Translations under genes and position numbers: made by a program
Notes under the pieces: model-generated
Databases searched by the model: none
Told to the model about the DNA's origin: nothing
Seen by the model: only the letters and a program-made list of their open reading frames with translations
NCBI GenBank assembly: GCA_030637655.1
Contig: DAOWGI010000049.1
Span: forward strand, 1-15,464
Length of the DNA stretch: 15,464 nt
Origin: a candidate division FCPU426 bacterium
GTDB taxonomy: Bacteria > Oederibacteriota > JAAXVQ01 > JAUVAV01
Direction of reading: 5' to 3'
Shown: positions 8,201-15,464 of the stretch, one piece after another
Position numbering within the stretch: position 1 is the stretch's first letter
Layout: each line of letters begins with the position of its first letter

Positions 8201-11151
8201 TGTTGCAATTCAAAATAGACAGTCTGTCCGGGTATTCCGGAAGAGAGTAAAAACCTGGCATTGTCTCCCACTAAAACACTTGATTTTTGTGCAGCCAGAG
8301 TCAAAGAGACCGGAAGCATTCCGGTCTTTCCCAACTGCGGCGCTACTTGGATAAAGTTTTTAGCAATCGCTTCCTGGCCAAATGAATCCCTGATTTTGTA
8401 TTCCAGGAGATAGGCGCCCACTGGCAAGGAAATACCCGGACATTTCCCCAGACCCTGCTGATCGTGGGTAATGTCCAACTGAAGCATTTTGGATTTGCGT
8501 TGCATAGCTGCCAATTCCGGGCCGGTAGCCTGAATAACCATACTCTTTTCGCGCACTCCCAAAGGCGGCCAATGCTCTGCTTTAGCTTGCAAGCCATAGA
8601 CAGTCAAGCGTCCTGTACCACTTCTGGCCTGACCATCCAAATCAGTCAACAGCACCTTCAGATCAAAAACACGACCAGCTTCCGGATAGCCGGTTGGTAA
8701 CTGTATATCTGCTTTGAGACTGACAAAACCCGCTGTATAGGAGGCAGTATGTGAAATGGTATCTCCCCCAACATCTGTGACAGAAGCTTTGATCCGAAAA
8801 ACAAAAGTAATGTCTTTTTCATCTTTTAAGGAGGAAACACTGGCTGGCAGAAAAGGAATTTCAAAGGTCCCGTCCTCTTGGGTATTCACAATCCCCCGGG
8901 CTATTTGCTCTGTTTGGCCCGGAATAAAATGGGGTCGGTACCACCAGTACCACCCGGGATAAACAGGTTGGCGCGTAATCTCATACTGTACTTTGGCTGA
9001 TCTGACAGGTCCACCGTAGTAATATTCCGCCTTTCCTCCCAGCACAGCCAATTGATCCAAACGCAACGCTTGCTTAGGCCCTGTCATTGCCACCTTGAAT
9101 TTCGGTATCTTGTATTCCTCTACCTGGAAATTTCCTCCCCAACGTTTTATATTATAATCATCCACGGAAATGTAATAATTACCCAGCAAGCGTCCTTTGG
9201 GAATCTTAAACGAGCCGCTGGCACTTCCCCAGGCATTGGTTTTGACTTTTACCTCAGTCACAGTCTCGCCATTGGGATCCGCGACTCGAAGTATTAAAGG
9301 TTTTTGCGCTATTATTTTATAACGGTTGGTTTTGGTATTGGCATAAACTGCCAAAACTTTAAATTTCACACTCTGCTCAGGCCGATAAATCGCCCGGTCC
9401 GTATAAACAAAGAGATGCCTGGGGTACTGGTCCGGCGGCGAATAAAAATAAGTAACAGACGGATCCAGGCTTATATGTTCACCACGTTTGGCTACCAGCC
9501 GATAACTGGAGGAATATGTTTTTTTCGGGATGAATATTCCCTGGTGATTGGTAAGACCTTTGCCGCTGAGTTGATAGCGAGTCCGGCCTTGCGACCAACT
9601 TGCCCGGTAAAAACGCACTTCAACACCCGGCATTGGCTTTCCATCAACAGCACTCACACAATAAATTTCCGCACCTTGCTCAATATCCCGCTGTACCACC
9701 ACTCCAATCTCCGAGACAATATACGGAGTATACTCAATCTTATTGTTGGTCCAGGAAAACTCCTCCTTCGCGGAGGCTAAGACCAAATACCAACCCGGTT
9801 GTGACAAGGTAATGGTCTGAAAAGTGCTTTGTCGTTTATAATCCCGTTTGTCCGGCAAAGCGGCAATCTTTTGCACCAGCGGTTTTTCCGTCTGCAATAC
9901 CTTCCGGATATCCTTATCTTGAAAATGTAAATTCAAATGCTTGAAAGGTTGTCGCAAGGCATATACTCGTATAAACACTTTATCCATATTACGATGGGTA
10001 ATGTTGATCCTGCCTGTGCCAATTGGATTGTGCAATTCACTCTTTACTGTAAATTCCGGCGCTTGAATTTCCCGGCGTATCCGATCACACAGTTTCCCTC
10101 CTATAGCAGCGGGATATGCCTGCCAGCCCAGACGCGCTGCCTTTTCGGCAGCAATGTATTTCTCTTGCTGCTCCAGCAGGTGTGCAATCCAGTATTGGAG
10201 ATATGCCCACCAGGACAAGGAACCGGAGGATGGACTTAACTTTTGCAAAGCCTGAAGTACAAGTTCGATTTCAGCGGGCTGAGAAAAGGCGGCTTTTATT
10301 TTAAGCAAGGGCTGAATCCGCGCATCCAGAACCGCTTCTGCGCGTCCTTGGGCTTTTTGCCAGTACTGAAGATCCGCGTACAGCGCCAGCATTTTTTCAA
10401 TCGGATGAGTTTCAGAGGAATTGACTTGCCGGCCAGCCGATCCGATAGCCAGTAGAACCTTGGGTTGAATTGCCTTCAGGCTTTCACTCTGTTCAGGGGT
10501 CCAGGTTTCTTGATCGCTTAAAAAATCAGCCCAGGTATTGGTTAAAAAATCGCGCACAGTGGGCCGCACTGTTTCAGGAAAATTACCCGGATCCAGGTAC
10601 TGGGAATACTCAGCCAGCGCTATTTCTCCCAAAGTCTCCCGTGTTTCCCAAGCAGCCAGAAAATCCGTATTACAGGCCTGCCAGATCTGTTTTGCGGTCC
10701 ATTCCCGGAAATCGGTTTTCTCCTGTTTGGCTTTGCGCTGCAGGATATCATAGCGATACATCTGATAATATTGGCGTAAGGTATGCGCTCGATACATTAG
10801 CAGCAATCCCTGCCAGGACTTACCCTGGGGAAATTCCCGGGTATAGAGCAGTTCCACAGCTTTTTCGAATTCGTACAACCCGGCCTTAATGCGGGTCATC
10901 TCAAATAAAGCAGTAGTCATATTTCTTTGATCATTCTCTTTTTTCGCTTGGGAGTAGATTTTTTCCACCAGTTGATAGGCTTCATTACCCAGACCATTGC
11001 TTATTTTTTCCGCTACCAGCTGCCAGGCACCTTTTTTTAATTCGGATAGCGACTTCGGAGATGCTGCGGATACTGCATTGGTTATACTTAATGTCGCGGC
11101 AATAAGTATAGTCATTCCCAATGCTCTCATGCGGTGTTTGGGATATACCAT
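5221..11151 (-). CDS. Bacterial alpha-2-macroglobulin family protein (~1976 aa) with an intact thioester motif
   Basis: MG-domain motifs YTDRAIYRPEQ and FQVEEYKIPKF; LRTKFVETAFFKP, VPDSVTAW; thioester YPYACVEQ (CVEQ at 6811-6822); QKSDGSFSWF, WKSTRAT, SMYAPEF. ATG 11151 is preferred over 11223 because GGAGG lies 5 nt upstream and a Sec signal peptide ending AVSA follows. Confidence 0.96.
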   Translation of the reverse strand: MVYPKHRMRALGMTILIAATLSITNAVSAASPKSLSELKKGAWQLVAEKISNGLGNEAYQLVEKIYSQAKKENDQRNMTTALFEMTRIKAGLYEFEKAVELLYTREFPQGKSWQGLLLMYRAHTLRQYYQMYRYDILQRKAKQEKTDFREWTAKQIWQACNTDFLAAWETRETLGEIALAEYSQYLDPGNFPETVRPTVRDFLTNTWADFLSDQETWTPEQSESLKAIQPKVLLAIGSAGRQVNSSETHPIEKMLALYADLQYWQKAQGRAEAVLDARIQPLLKIKAAFSQPAEIELVLQALQKLSPSSGSLSWWAYLQYWIAHLLEQQEKYIAAEKAARLGWQAYPAAIGGKLCDRIRREIQAPEFTVKSELHNPIGTGRINITHRNMDKVFIRVYALRQPFKHLNLHFQDKDIRKVLQTEKPLVQKIAALPDKRDYKRQSTFQTITLSQPGWYLVLASAKEEFSWTNNKIEYTPYIVSEIGVVVQRDIEQGAEIYCVSAVDGKPMPGVEVRFYRASWSQGRTRYQLSGKGLTNHQGIFIPKKTYSSSYRLVAKRGEHISLDPSVTYFYSPPDQYPRHLFVYTDRAIYRPEQSVKFKVLAVYANTKTNRYKIIAQKPLILRVADPNGETVTEVKVKTNAWGSASGSFKIPKGRLLGNYYISVDDYNIKRWGGNFQVEEYKIPKFKVAMTGPKQALRLDQLAVLGGKAEYYYGGPVRSAKVQYEITRQPVYPGWYWWYRPHFIPGQTEQIARGIVNTQEDGTFEIPFLPASVSSLKDEKDITFVFRIKASVTDVGGDTISHTASYTAGFVSLKADIQLPTGYPEAGRVFDLKVLLTDLDGQARSGTGRLTVYGLQAKAEHWPPLGVREKSMVIQATGPELAAMQRKSKMLQLDITHDQQGLGKCPGISLPVGAYLLEYKIRDSFGQEAIAKNFIQVAPQLGKTGMLPVSLTLAAQKSSVLVGDNARFLLSSGIPGQTVYFELQQAGKTFHRDVFSGLPANQITYPVVEKLRGGFTAKLFCVRGYRLYAQSVEITVPWDHKDLNIEFVHLRKVLAPGTQETITMKVSSQGDKPLKAEVLATMYDQSLDYFVKHSYPDIRSLFYQNQSTSKRWGNKFQSGRSVYMLWHSLPSVSQPTKPRFRPFNYQLGGDGLVAPSLGKSSRLFRNKAKRGSKLLAAAPAEFKEQPALGAPAAKQALESGSRDAVAPDFSMALRTKFVETAFFKPHIMVNKEGAASISFEVPDSVTAWNLKVYAHGRNMEAGHITETIQTKKDFMVRPYLPRFVREQDTLIIKTVIANHSDQALAGEAFVRLENEQGEVVNEKFHLEQSTRVWEAKPKESAVVSFKLQAPVGSGWYKVQVAAKSGNLTDGEERVLPVLPGRMHLLESKFAVLKDTVKKKLTLEQLKKSAADKSIVHQSLVVTVEGQLIYSVLKALPYLFQYPYACVEQTLNSFVCLALLHGTFEEYPTLAKMAKQFSERTTPLETWDEVDPNRKLALEETPWLVASRGGEERPVYINALDPRLVAKQKKQSLHKLKKAQKSDGSFSWFAGGPSSFYMTLYVLAGLARAESAGVEVDRNMPTKAMAYLSEHYEEYLRCPKNGSLEANVYLNVFLNYVLSEYNRPKYQSHLKIFKRDAMFKAAWQAWPKLSPYGRAMLAITLQRSKKTEAAQKILNSLLDIARTTENEGTYWAPEQKAWLWYNDTIETQAFILRAMLEIKPDDKRIDGMALWLLRNKQGNQWKSTRATAESIASLVAYMSRVGSQEVPGQVQVSVPPISKTVSWQPGEFAGKQRVIVPKDKISPPAGEIYLEKTGKGYSFISALWQYSTEKLPETGTGDVLAVHRKYYLVRTQGRKQKLVPIHNGTMVRIGDELEVELNITAKTPMEFIHLRDPRGAGFEPEEHLSGYCWEQLLGYYEEIRDSSTNFFFDRLPQGRYTFRYRIRAANEGEFRVNPAVIQSMYAPEFGAYSSGEQLEIKP

Positions 11152-11289
11152 AGTGGCCTCCGGGGAAACAAATGCAAACACGACTAGGTTATTCGACAAA
11201 AACATAATTGGTTGTGACCACAAAAATCAGGAAAGCACGCCAGGCCTGCATTGATAAAATCCTAACCCGGACAAGCCGGACCCAAATGT

Positions 11290-11380
11290 AGCCGCCAATA
11301 CACGCCGATACACGCAAATTAAAAATCTTTTTATCCATTAAACTATAAATATCTGCGTTTATTTGCGTTCATCGGCGGTT
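11290..11380. repeat. Imperfect inverted repeat built of 10-bp units
   Basis: Left arm AGCCGCCAAT/ACACGCCGAT/ACACGCAAAT (11290-11319). Right arm ATCTGCGTTT/ATTTGCGTTC/ATCGGCGGTT (11351-11380), whose reverse complement is AACCGCCGAT/GAACGCAAAT/AAACGCAGAT. Confidence 0.7.
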
Positions 11381-11443
11381 AATTTTCTTTCCATTTTTTA
11401 AAAAATTTGAGGACTAAGCGCCTAAGTGCTTAAACGCAGTCTT

Positions 11444-12046
11444 TTATAAATCGCAATTCCCTTCACACCAAAACTCATTGAGAGAACGCCGATCCGTCGG
11501 ATGCTCACGTTCCTGCAATTCCCAGGGCAGCTGACCAGCCGGTCCTCGGTAGCCCAGAGCAACAATAGTGTGTACACCCCAGGAATCCGGAACCTGGAAT
11601 GATTCCCTGACTTTGGTTTCTGAGAATCCTCCCATCGCATGGGCTACCAGATTACGATGCCGGGCTTCTAAGGCCATATAGCCCCAAGCCGTACCCGCGT
11701 CAAAAGCGTGCCAGCGATTCGGCTTGTTGGTTTGAGAAAATTCAGAAGCCGAAAGAACCGCAATCAATACCGGTGCTTTATCCGCCCAAATCCGATTAGG
11801 AGCCTGCAAGCATTCCCGCATACGCTGAATATCTTCCTGGCAGCGCGCTATTAAAAAACGCCAGGGTTGTTCATTGAAACAGGATGGAGCCCAGTGCGCT
11901 GCCTCCAATACAGCCAAAAGATCTTCTTCGGCAACTGGTTTGTCCAACAAAGCGCGTGGAGACCAGCGTTCAAGAATCATGGGATGGATGGCAAAGTCAT
12001 TGGAGCGGATTTTTTCAACTTCTTTATTCAATTCATAGTTGGACAA
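11444..12046 (-). CDS. Nitroreductase family protein (FMN-dependent)
   Basis: ILERWSPRA, LEAAHWAPSCFNEQPWRF, FDAGTAWGYMALEA, HAMGGF, VALGY. TTG start preceded by AAAGGGGG. Confidence 0.95.
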   Translation of the reverse strand: MSNYELNKEVEKIRSNDFAIHPMILERWSPRALLDKPVAEEDLLAVLEAAHWAPSCFNEQPWRFLIARCQEDIQRMRECLQAPNRIWADKAPVLIAVLSASEFSQTNKPNRWHAFDAGTAWGYMALEARHRNLVAHAMGGFSETKVRESFQVPDSWGVHTIVALGYRGPAGQLPWELQEREHPTDRRSLNEFWCEGNCDL

Positions 12047-12117
12047 GATGTAGTACCCCCTTTAGGTTGGATTGACTGAATAACGAACACTGCCTAAAAT
12101 CGTTTCAGAATACTATT

Positions 12118-12145
12118 ATTATATCAAGTTCGTTTATTTGTCGAA
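12118..12145 (-). promoter_or_regulatory. Putative extended -10 promoter for the nitroreductase gene
   Basis: Minus-strand TGATATAAT (12126-12118) is a perfect TGnTATAAT, with TTCGAC/TCGACA 15-16 bp upstream. Confidence 0.5.
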
Positions 12146-12165
12146 TTAAAAAATGCTAAAAAATG

Positions 12166-12359
12166 GTAACTGTTCAGGTAGTCAAAATTCAGGAGTCAGA
12201 ATAAAAACGCCGGCACGAAGTTTACAAGATTTAATTATGCGGCAAAAAATCATCAGTTTGTTTTAGGCGCAAAGACGCATAACATCAACAAAACGTAGAA
12301 TCTTGTTCTGATTTTATTCTGAATTCCGGATTCTGACTACTGGATACCTGAGTAGTTAC
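12166..12359. mobile_element. MITE-like element C (194 bp) with heptamer-repeat arms
   Basis: Ends GTAACTGTTCAGGTA / TACCTGAGTAGTTAC (13/15 inverted match). Flanks AAAAAATG (12158-12165) and ATAAAATG (12360-12367). Heptamers AGTCAAA-ATTCAGG-AGTCAGA on the left; TTCTGAA-TTCCGGA-TTCTGAC-TACTGGA on the right. Confidence 0.75.
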
Positions 12360-12366
12360 ATAAAAT

Positions 12367-12587
12367 GTAATATGTCAGTGAAGTGCAGTTAAACAAAGGT
12401 TGTCATACCCCGACCGGTAAAGGTATATAGAGACGTCTTTCGACAGCCCGCATGTAGTAAGCGGGTATCCAGGAATTTTTCAATACTTATAAAACAAGCT
12501 TTTTCTGGATTCGTCCCGGAATGTTTTTATCGGGGATAAAAGCATTCGGGAATGGTAAACAAAAAAAACACTTCACTGACATATTAC
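12367..12587. mobile_element. MITE-like element D (221 bp), same family as element B
   Basis: Perfect 19-bp terminal inverted repeat GTAATATGTCAGTGAAGTG / CACTTCACTGACATATTAC. 12381-12406 matches 5030-5055 at 25/26. Right flank CTATAAAAT (12588-12596). Confidence 0.85.
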
Positions 12588-12678
12588 CTATAAAATACTG
12601 ATATCTGCTACTATTGCCAAATCGCCATTAATTACTTCAAAACTGACATTTTTAATTAGTATTTTGTTAATTAATTTA

Positions 12679-12707
12679 TTGACAAATAGGTAATTATTTT
12701 ATACACT
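12679..12707 (+). promoter_or_regulatory. Putative sigma70 promoter facing the FG-GAP gene
   Basis: TTGACA (12679-12684), 17 bp, TACACT (12702-12707). A weaker gene-proximal candidate TTGATT-17-TAGAGT lies at 12987-13015. Confidence 0.55.
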
Positions 12708-12774
12708 AAAATTGTTGCTTTTATAGATATTTTTTTTAATTATATTGTCATTGTTTGGCGTAAAAACTGAACTG

Positions 12775-12881
12775 CCCCGGAATGACTTCCGGGGTACCAA
12801 ATTTGATTTATTATTATAAAATCCCCCTAACCCCCTTTTCAAAAGGGGAACTCAATAAGGAAACCCCGCAATAAATTGCGG
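12775..12881. repeat. Cluster of three GC-rich hairpins (REP-like)
   Basis: CCCCGGAA-tgac-TTCCGGGG (12775-12794), CCCCTTTT-c-AAAAGGGG (12832-12848) and CCGCAAT-aa-ATTGCGG (12866-12881), in otherwise AT-rich DNA. Confidence 0.7.
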
Positions 12882-13037
12882 AGAATTAGAATCATTAAAA
12901 TGCATTTTACTATAAAACCTCAAATGTATTTTAAGTAATTTAATTTTATTTGGTCATTTAAACAGCTAAACAAAGCATTCACTTACTTGATTCAATTGTG
13001 CCGAATAAGTAGAGTAGAATAGAAAGCTGTGATAAAC

Positions 13038-15464
13038 ATGAACCATATAAAATACCTGGCAGGAGCATTATTAGCGGCCATAGCAGGTTCATACCTGAGC
13101 CTGGGGATATTACATAATGGTATTGTATACGACGGTACGGTAAAGGCGGGTTTAAAACTCGCCCTGACATCCACGGGAATAAAGATTGATCCCCTGGCTG
13201 TAAAAGCTGGAGCAAGCGTGAACTGGCTGGCGCAGGCGCGGGCGCGGATCGCGGCTGAGGAATATCATGTGAAAGCCGGGCCCAAGGGAGGATTACAAGC
13301 GCCTAACCGAAAGCAGAACCTGCGGCTGCGATTTAAACGAACAGGTATCGAGTTGAGTCCGCGTAATGCAGGGGCTCTGCTTGCCGCGCCCCATACGGTT
13401 AAACCAAATTCGTCACTCTCCCCTGCCCCAAAACAATGGAATTTCAGGTGGAAAACAGAATACTTCGGGCGGAAAGGCGCGATAAAACGCGTGGGACATG
13501 CAGAGCCAAAAGCAACAGGCTCGCGTGTGGAATACACGCGCCAGGACATAAGCGAATGGTATACCAATGAAGCGCGAGGCATAGAACAGGGATTTGTTAT
13601 TCACCAGAGGCCAAAAGGCACATCACGCATCTGCATCATCTCCCAACCTGCAACCAGCTTAATCCTGAAATTAACCGAAGACAATAATGCCATAGAGATG
13701 CGCGACTCAAACCAAGTAGTGGTCATGCGCTATAACCAGCTAAAAGTAGTGGATGCGCGCAATAAAAGCCTGTGGGCCGGGATGCGCGTGGAGAATAATT
13801 GCATTGTTCTGACATATAATGATAACAAAGCCGAGTATCCGGTGTTTATAGATCCTTTAATGACAACTCCCGCCTGGACCACGGAGAGTGATCAGGTGGA
13901 TGCGAATTTCGGTTGGTCTGTAGCCGGCGCAGGTGATGTGAATGGCGATGGGTATGGCGATGTCATAGTAGGCGCAAAAAACTATGACAATGGGGAGTTA
14001 AATGAAGGCCGGGCGTTTGTGTATCATGGCAGTGCGAGCGGGCTTTCCGCGAGCGCGGACTGGGATGCCGAGAGCGATCAGGTGGATGCAAATTTCGGTT
14101 GGTCTGTAGCCGGCGCGGGTGATGTGAATGGCGATGGTTTTGGAGATGTCATCGTAGGTGCAGGGTTGTATAACAATGGGGAGTTAAATGAAGGCCGGGC
14201 GTTTGTGTATCATGGCAGTGCGAGCGGACTGGCCACGAGCGCGGACTGGACAGCCGAGAGCGATCAGGCGGATGCATATTTCGGCTGTTCCGTAGCCGGC
14301 GCGGGTGATGTAAACGGCGATGGTTATGGCGATGTCATAGTAGGCGCAAAAAAATATGACAATGGGGAGTTAAATGAAGGCCAGGCGTATGTGTATCATG
14401 GCAGCGCGAGCGGGCTGTCCGCAAACGCGACCTGGACCGATGAGGGCGATCAGGTGGATGCATATTTCGGCTGTTCCATAGCCGGCGCGGGTGATGTAAA
14501 CGGCGATGGTTATGGCGACGTTATCGTGGGTGCACCTGGCTATGATAACGCAATGTCAAGTGAAGGCCGGGCGTTTGTGTATCTGGGCAGCGCGAGCGGG
14601 CTGTCCGCGAGCGCGAACTGGATTGCTGCAGGCGACCAGGGTGGGGGGTATCTCAGCAGCTCAATAGCCAGCGCGGGCGATGTAAATGGCGATGGATATG
14701 GCGACGTCATCATAGGCGCGTGTTATTATAACAATGGCGAGAATAATGAAGGCCGGGCGTATGTGTATCATGGCAGCGCGAGCGGGCTGTCCGCGAGCGC
14801 GGACTGGATTGTTGAGAGCAATCAGTCACAGGCATATTTAGGCTGGTCTGTGGCCGGCGCGGGCGATGTAAACGGCGATGGTTATGGTGATATCATTGTG
14901 AGCGCGTGTTATTATGACAATGGTCAGGCAGACGAAGGCCTGGCGTTTGTGTACTTAGGCTCAGCCGGCGGGCTCTCCGCAAGCGCAGCCTGGACCGCAG
15001 AAAGCGACCAGGCGTCAGCATATTTCGGCTGGTCTGCGTCAAGCGCGGGCGATGTGAATGGCGATGGTTTTAGCGACATTATAGTGGGCGCGTATAGTTA
15101 TGACAATGGTCAGTCAGATGAGGGCCGGGCGTATGTTTATCTGGGCGGCGCGAGCGGGCTTTCTGCGGACGCGGACTGGACTGCGGAGGGCGATCAGACT
15201 GAGAGTCATTTCGGCTGTTCCGTAGCCGGCGCGGGTGATGTAAACGGCGATGGTTATGGCGATGTTATTGTGGGCGCGTATGGTTATGACAATGGTCAGT
15301 CAGATGAGGGCCGGGCGTATGTTTATCTGGGCAGCGCGAGCGGGCTGTCCGCAAACGCAGACTGGACCGCAGAGAGCGATCAGGCAACTACACATTTCGG
15401 CCGATCAGTAGGCAGCGCGGGCGATGTAAACGGCGATGGGTATGGCGATGTCATCGTGGGCGCG
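13038..15464 (+). CDS. Secreted FG-GAP / integrin-alpha beta-propeller repeat protein, 3'-truncated by the window edge (>=809 aa)
   Basis: Open frame from ATG 13038 (in-frame TAG at 13020; alternative GTG 13029). Hydrophobic N-terminus MNHIKYLAGALLAAIAGSYLSLGIL, an N-terminal domain with QAPNRKQNLR, EWYTNEARGIEQGF and YPVFIDP, then repeats FGxSVAGAGDVNGDGYGDVIVGA containing DxNGDGxxD Ca-binding loops. Confidence 0.93.
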   Translation, partial: MNHIKYLAGALLAAIAGSYLSLGILHNGIVYDGTVKAGLKLALTSTGIKIDPLAVKAGASVNWLAQARARIAAEEYHVKAGPKGGLQAPNRKQNLRLRFKRTGIELSPRNAGALLAAPHTVKPNSSLSPAPKQWNFRWKTEYFGRKGAIKRVGHAEPKATGSRVEYTRQDISEWYTNEARGIEQGFVIHQRPKGTSRICIISQPATSLILKLTEDNNAIEMRDSNQVVVMRYNQLKVVDARNKSLWAGMRVENNCIVLTYNDNKAEYPVFIDPLMTTPAWTTESDQVDANFGWSVAGAGDVNGDGYGDVIVGAKNYDNGELNEGRAFVYHGSASGLSASADWDAESDQVDANFGWSVAGAGDVNGDGFGDVIVGAGLYNNGELNEGRAFVYHGSASGLATSADWTAESDQADAYFGCSVAGAGDVNGDGYGDVIVGAKKYDNGELNEGQAYVYHGSASGLSANATWTDEGDQVDAYFGCSIAGAGDVNGDGYGDVIVGAPGYDNAMSSEGRAFVYLGSASGLSASANWIAAGDQGGGYLSSSIASAGDVNGDGYGDVIIGACYYNNGENNEGRAYVYHGSASGLSASADWIVESNQSQAYLGWSVAGAGDVNGDGYGDIIVSACYYDNGQADEGLAFVYLGSAGGLSASAAWTAESDQASAYFGWSASSAGDVNGDGFSDIIVGAYSYDNGQSDEGRAYVYLGGASGLSADADWTAEGDQTESHFGCSVAGAGDVNGDGYGDVIVGAYGYDNGQSDEGRAYVYLGSASGLSANADWTAESDQATTHFGRSVGSAGDVNGDGYGDVIVGA
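13875..15464 (+). repeat. Coding tandem repeat, 186 bp (62 aa) x at least 8.5
   Basis: Units begin at TGG codons at 13875, 14061, 14247, 14433, 14619, 14805, 14991, 15177 and 15363, with no indels. Confidence 0.95.

Noticed and set aside
5449-11254. Many small ORFs inside the A2M gene
   Set aside because: Antisense or off-frame shadows of a 5.9-kb conserved CDS.
11422-13604. Small ORFs overlapping the nitroreductase and FG-GAP genes
   Set aside because: Shadows of well-supported genes.
13875-15464. Possible CRISPR array or DGR template/variable repeats
   Set aside because: Units are in-frame 62-aa coding repeats without unique spacers. Differences are not confined to adenines, and no cas or reverse transcriptase gene is present.

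Overview
Bacterial genomic window with six supportable genes; the two largest edge genes are missing from the supplied ORF track because they run off the window. (1) A >1155-aa modular protein on the minus strand (3467 to the left edge): signal peptide, an IQDLH...EG...GGFH domain resembling the TraB/TIKI/EreA/ChaN fold, a duplicated membrane module, then a class I SAM methyltransferase. (2) A membrane-anchored GyrI-like (TEX264-like) protein. (3) A divergent four-helix-bundle protein. (4) A ~1976-aa alpha-2-macroglobulin with an intact CVEQ thioester motif. (5) A nitroreductase. (6) A secreted FG-GAP/integrin-alpha repeat protein (13038 to the right edge) with at least 8.5 exact 186-bp repeats. 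Most intergenic spacers hold small non-coding palindromic elements. Four have GTAA...TTAC-type terminal inverted repeats and 8-9 bp target-site duplications but carry three different palindromic cargoes, and one appears to have inserted into another's target duplication. All family assignments are by-eye motif recognition; no searches were run.
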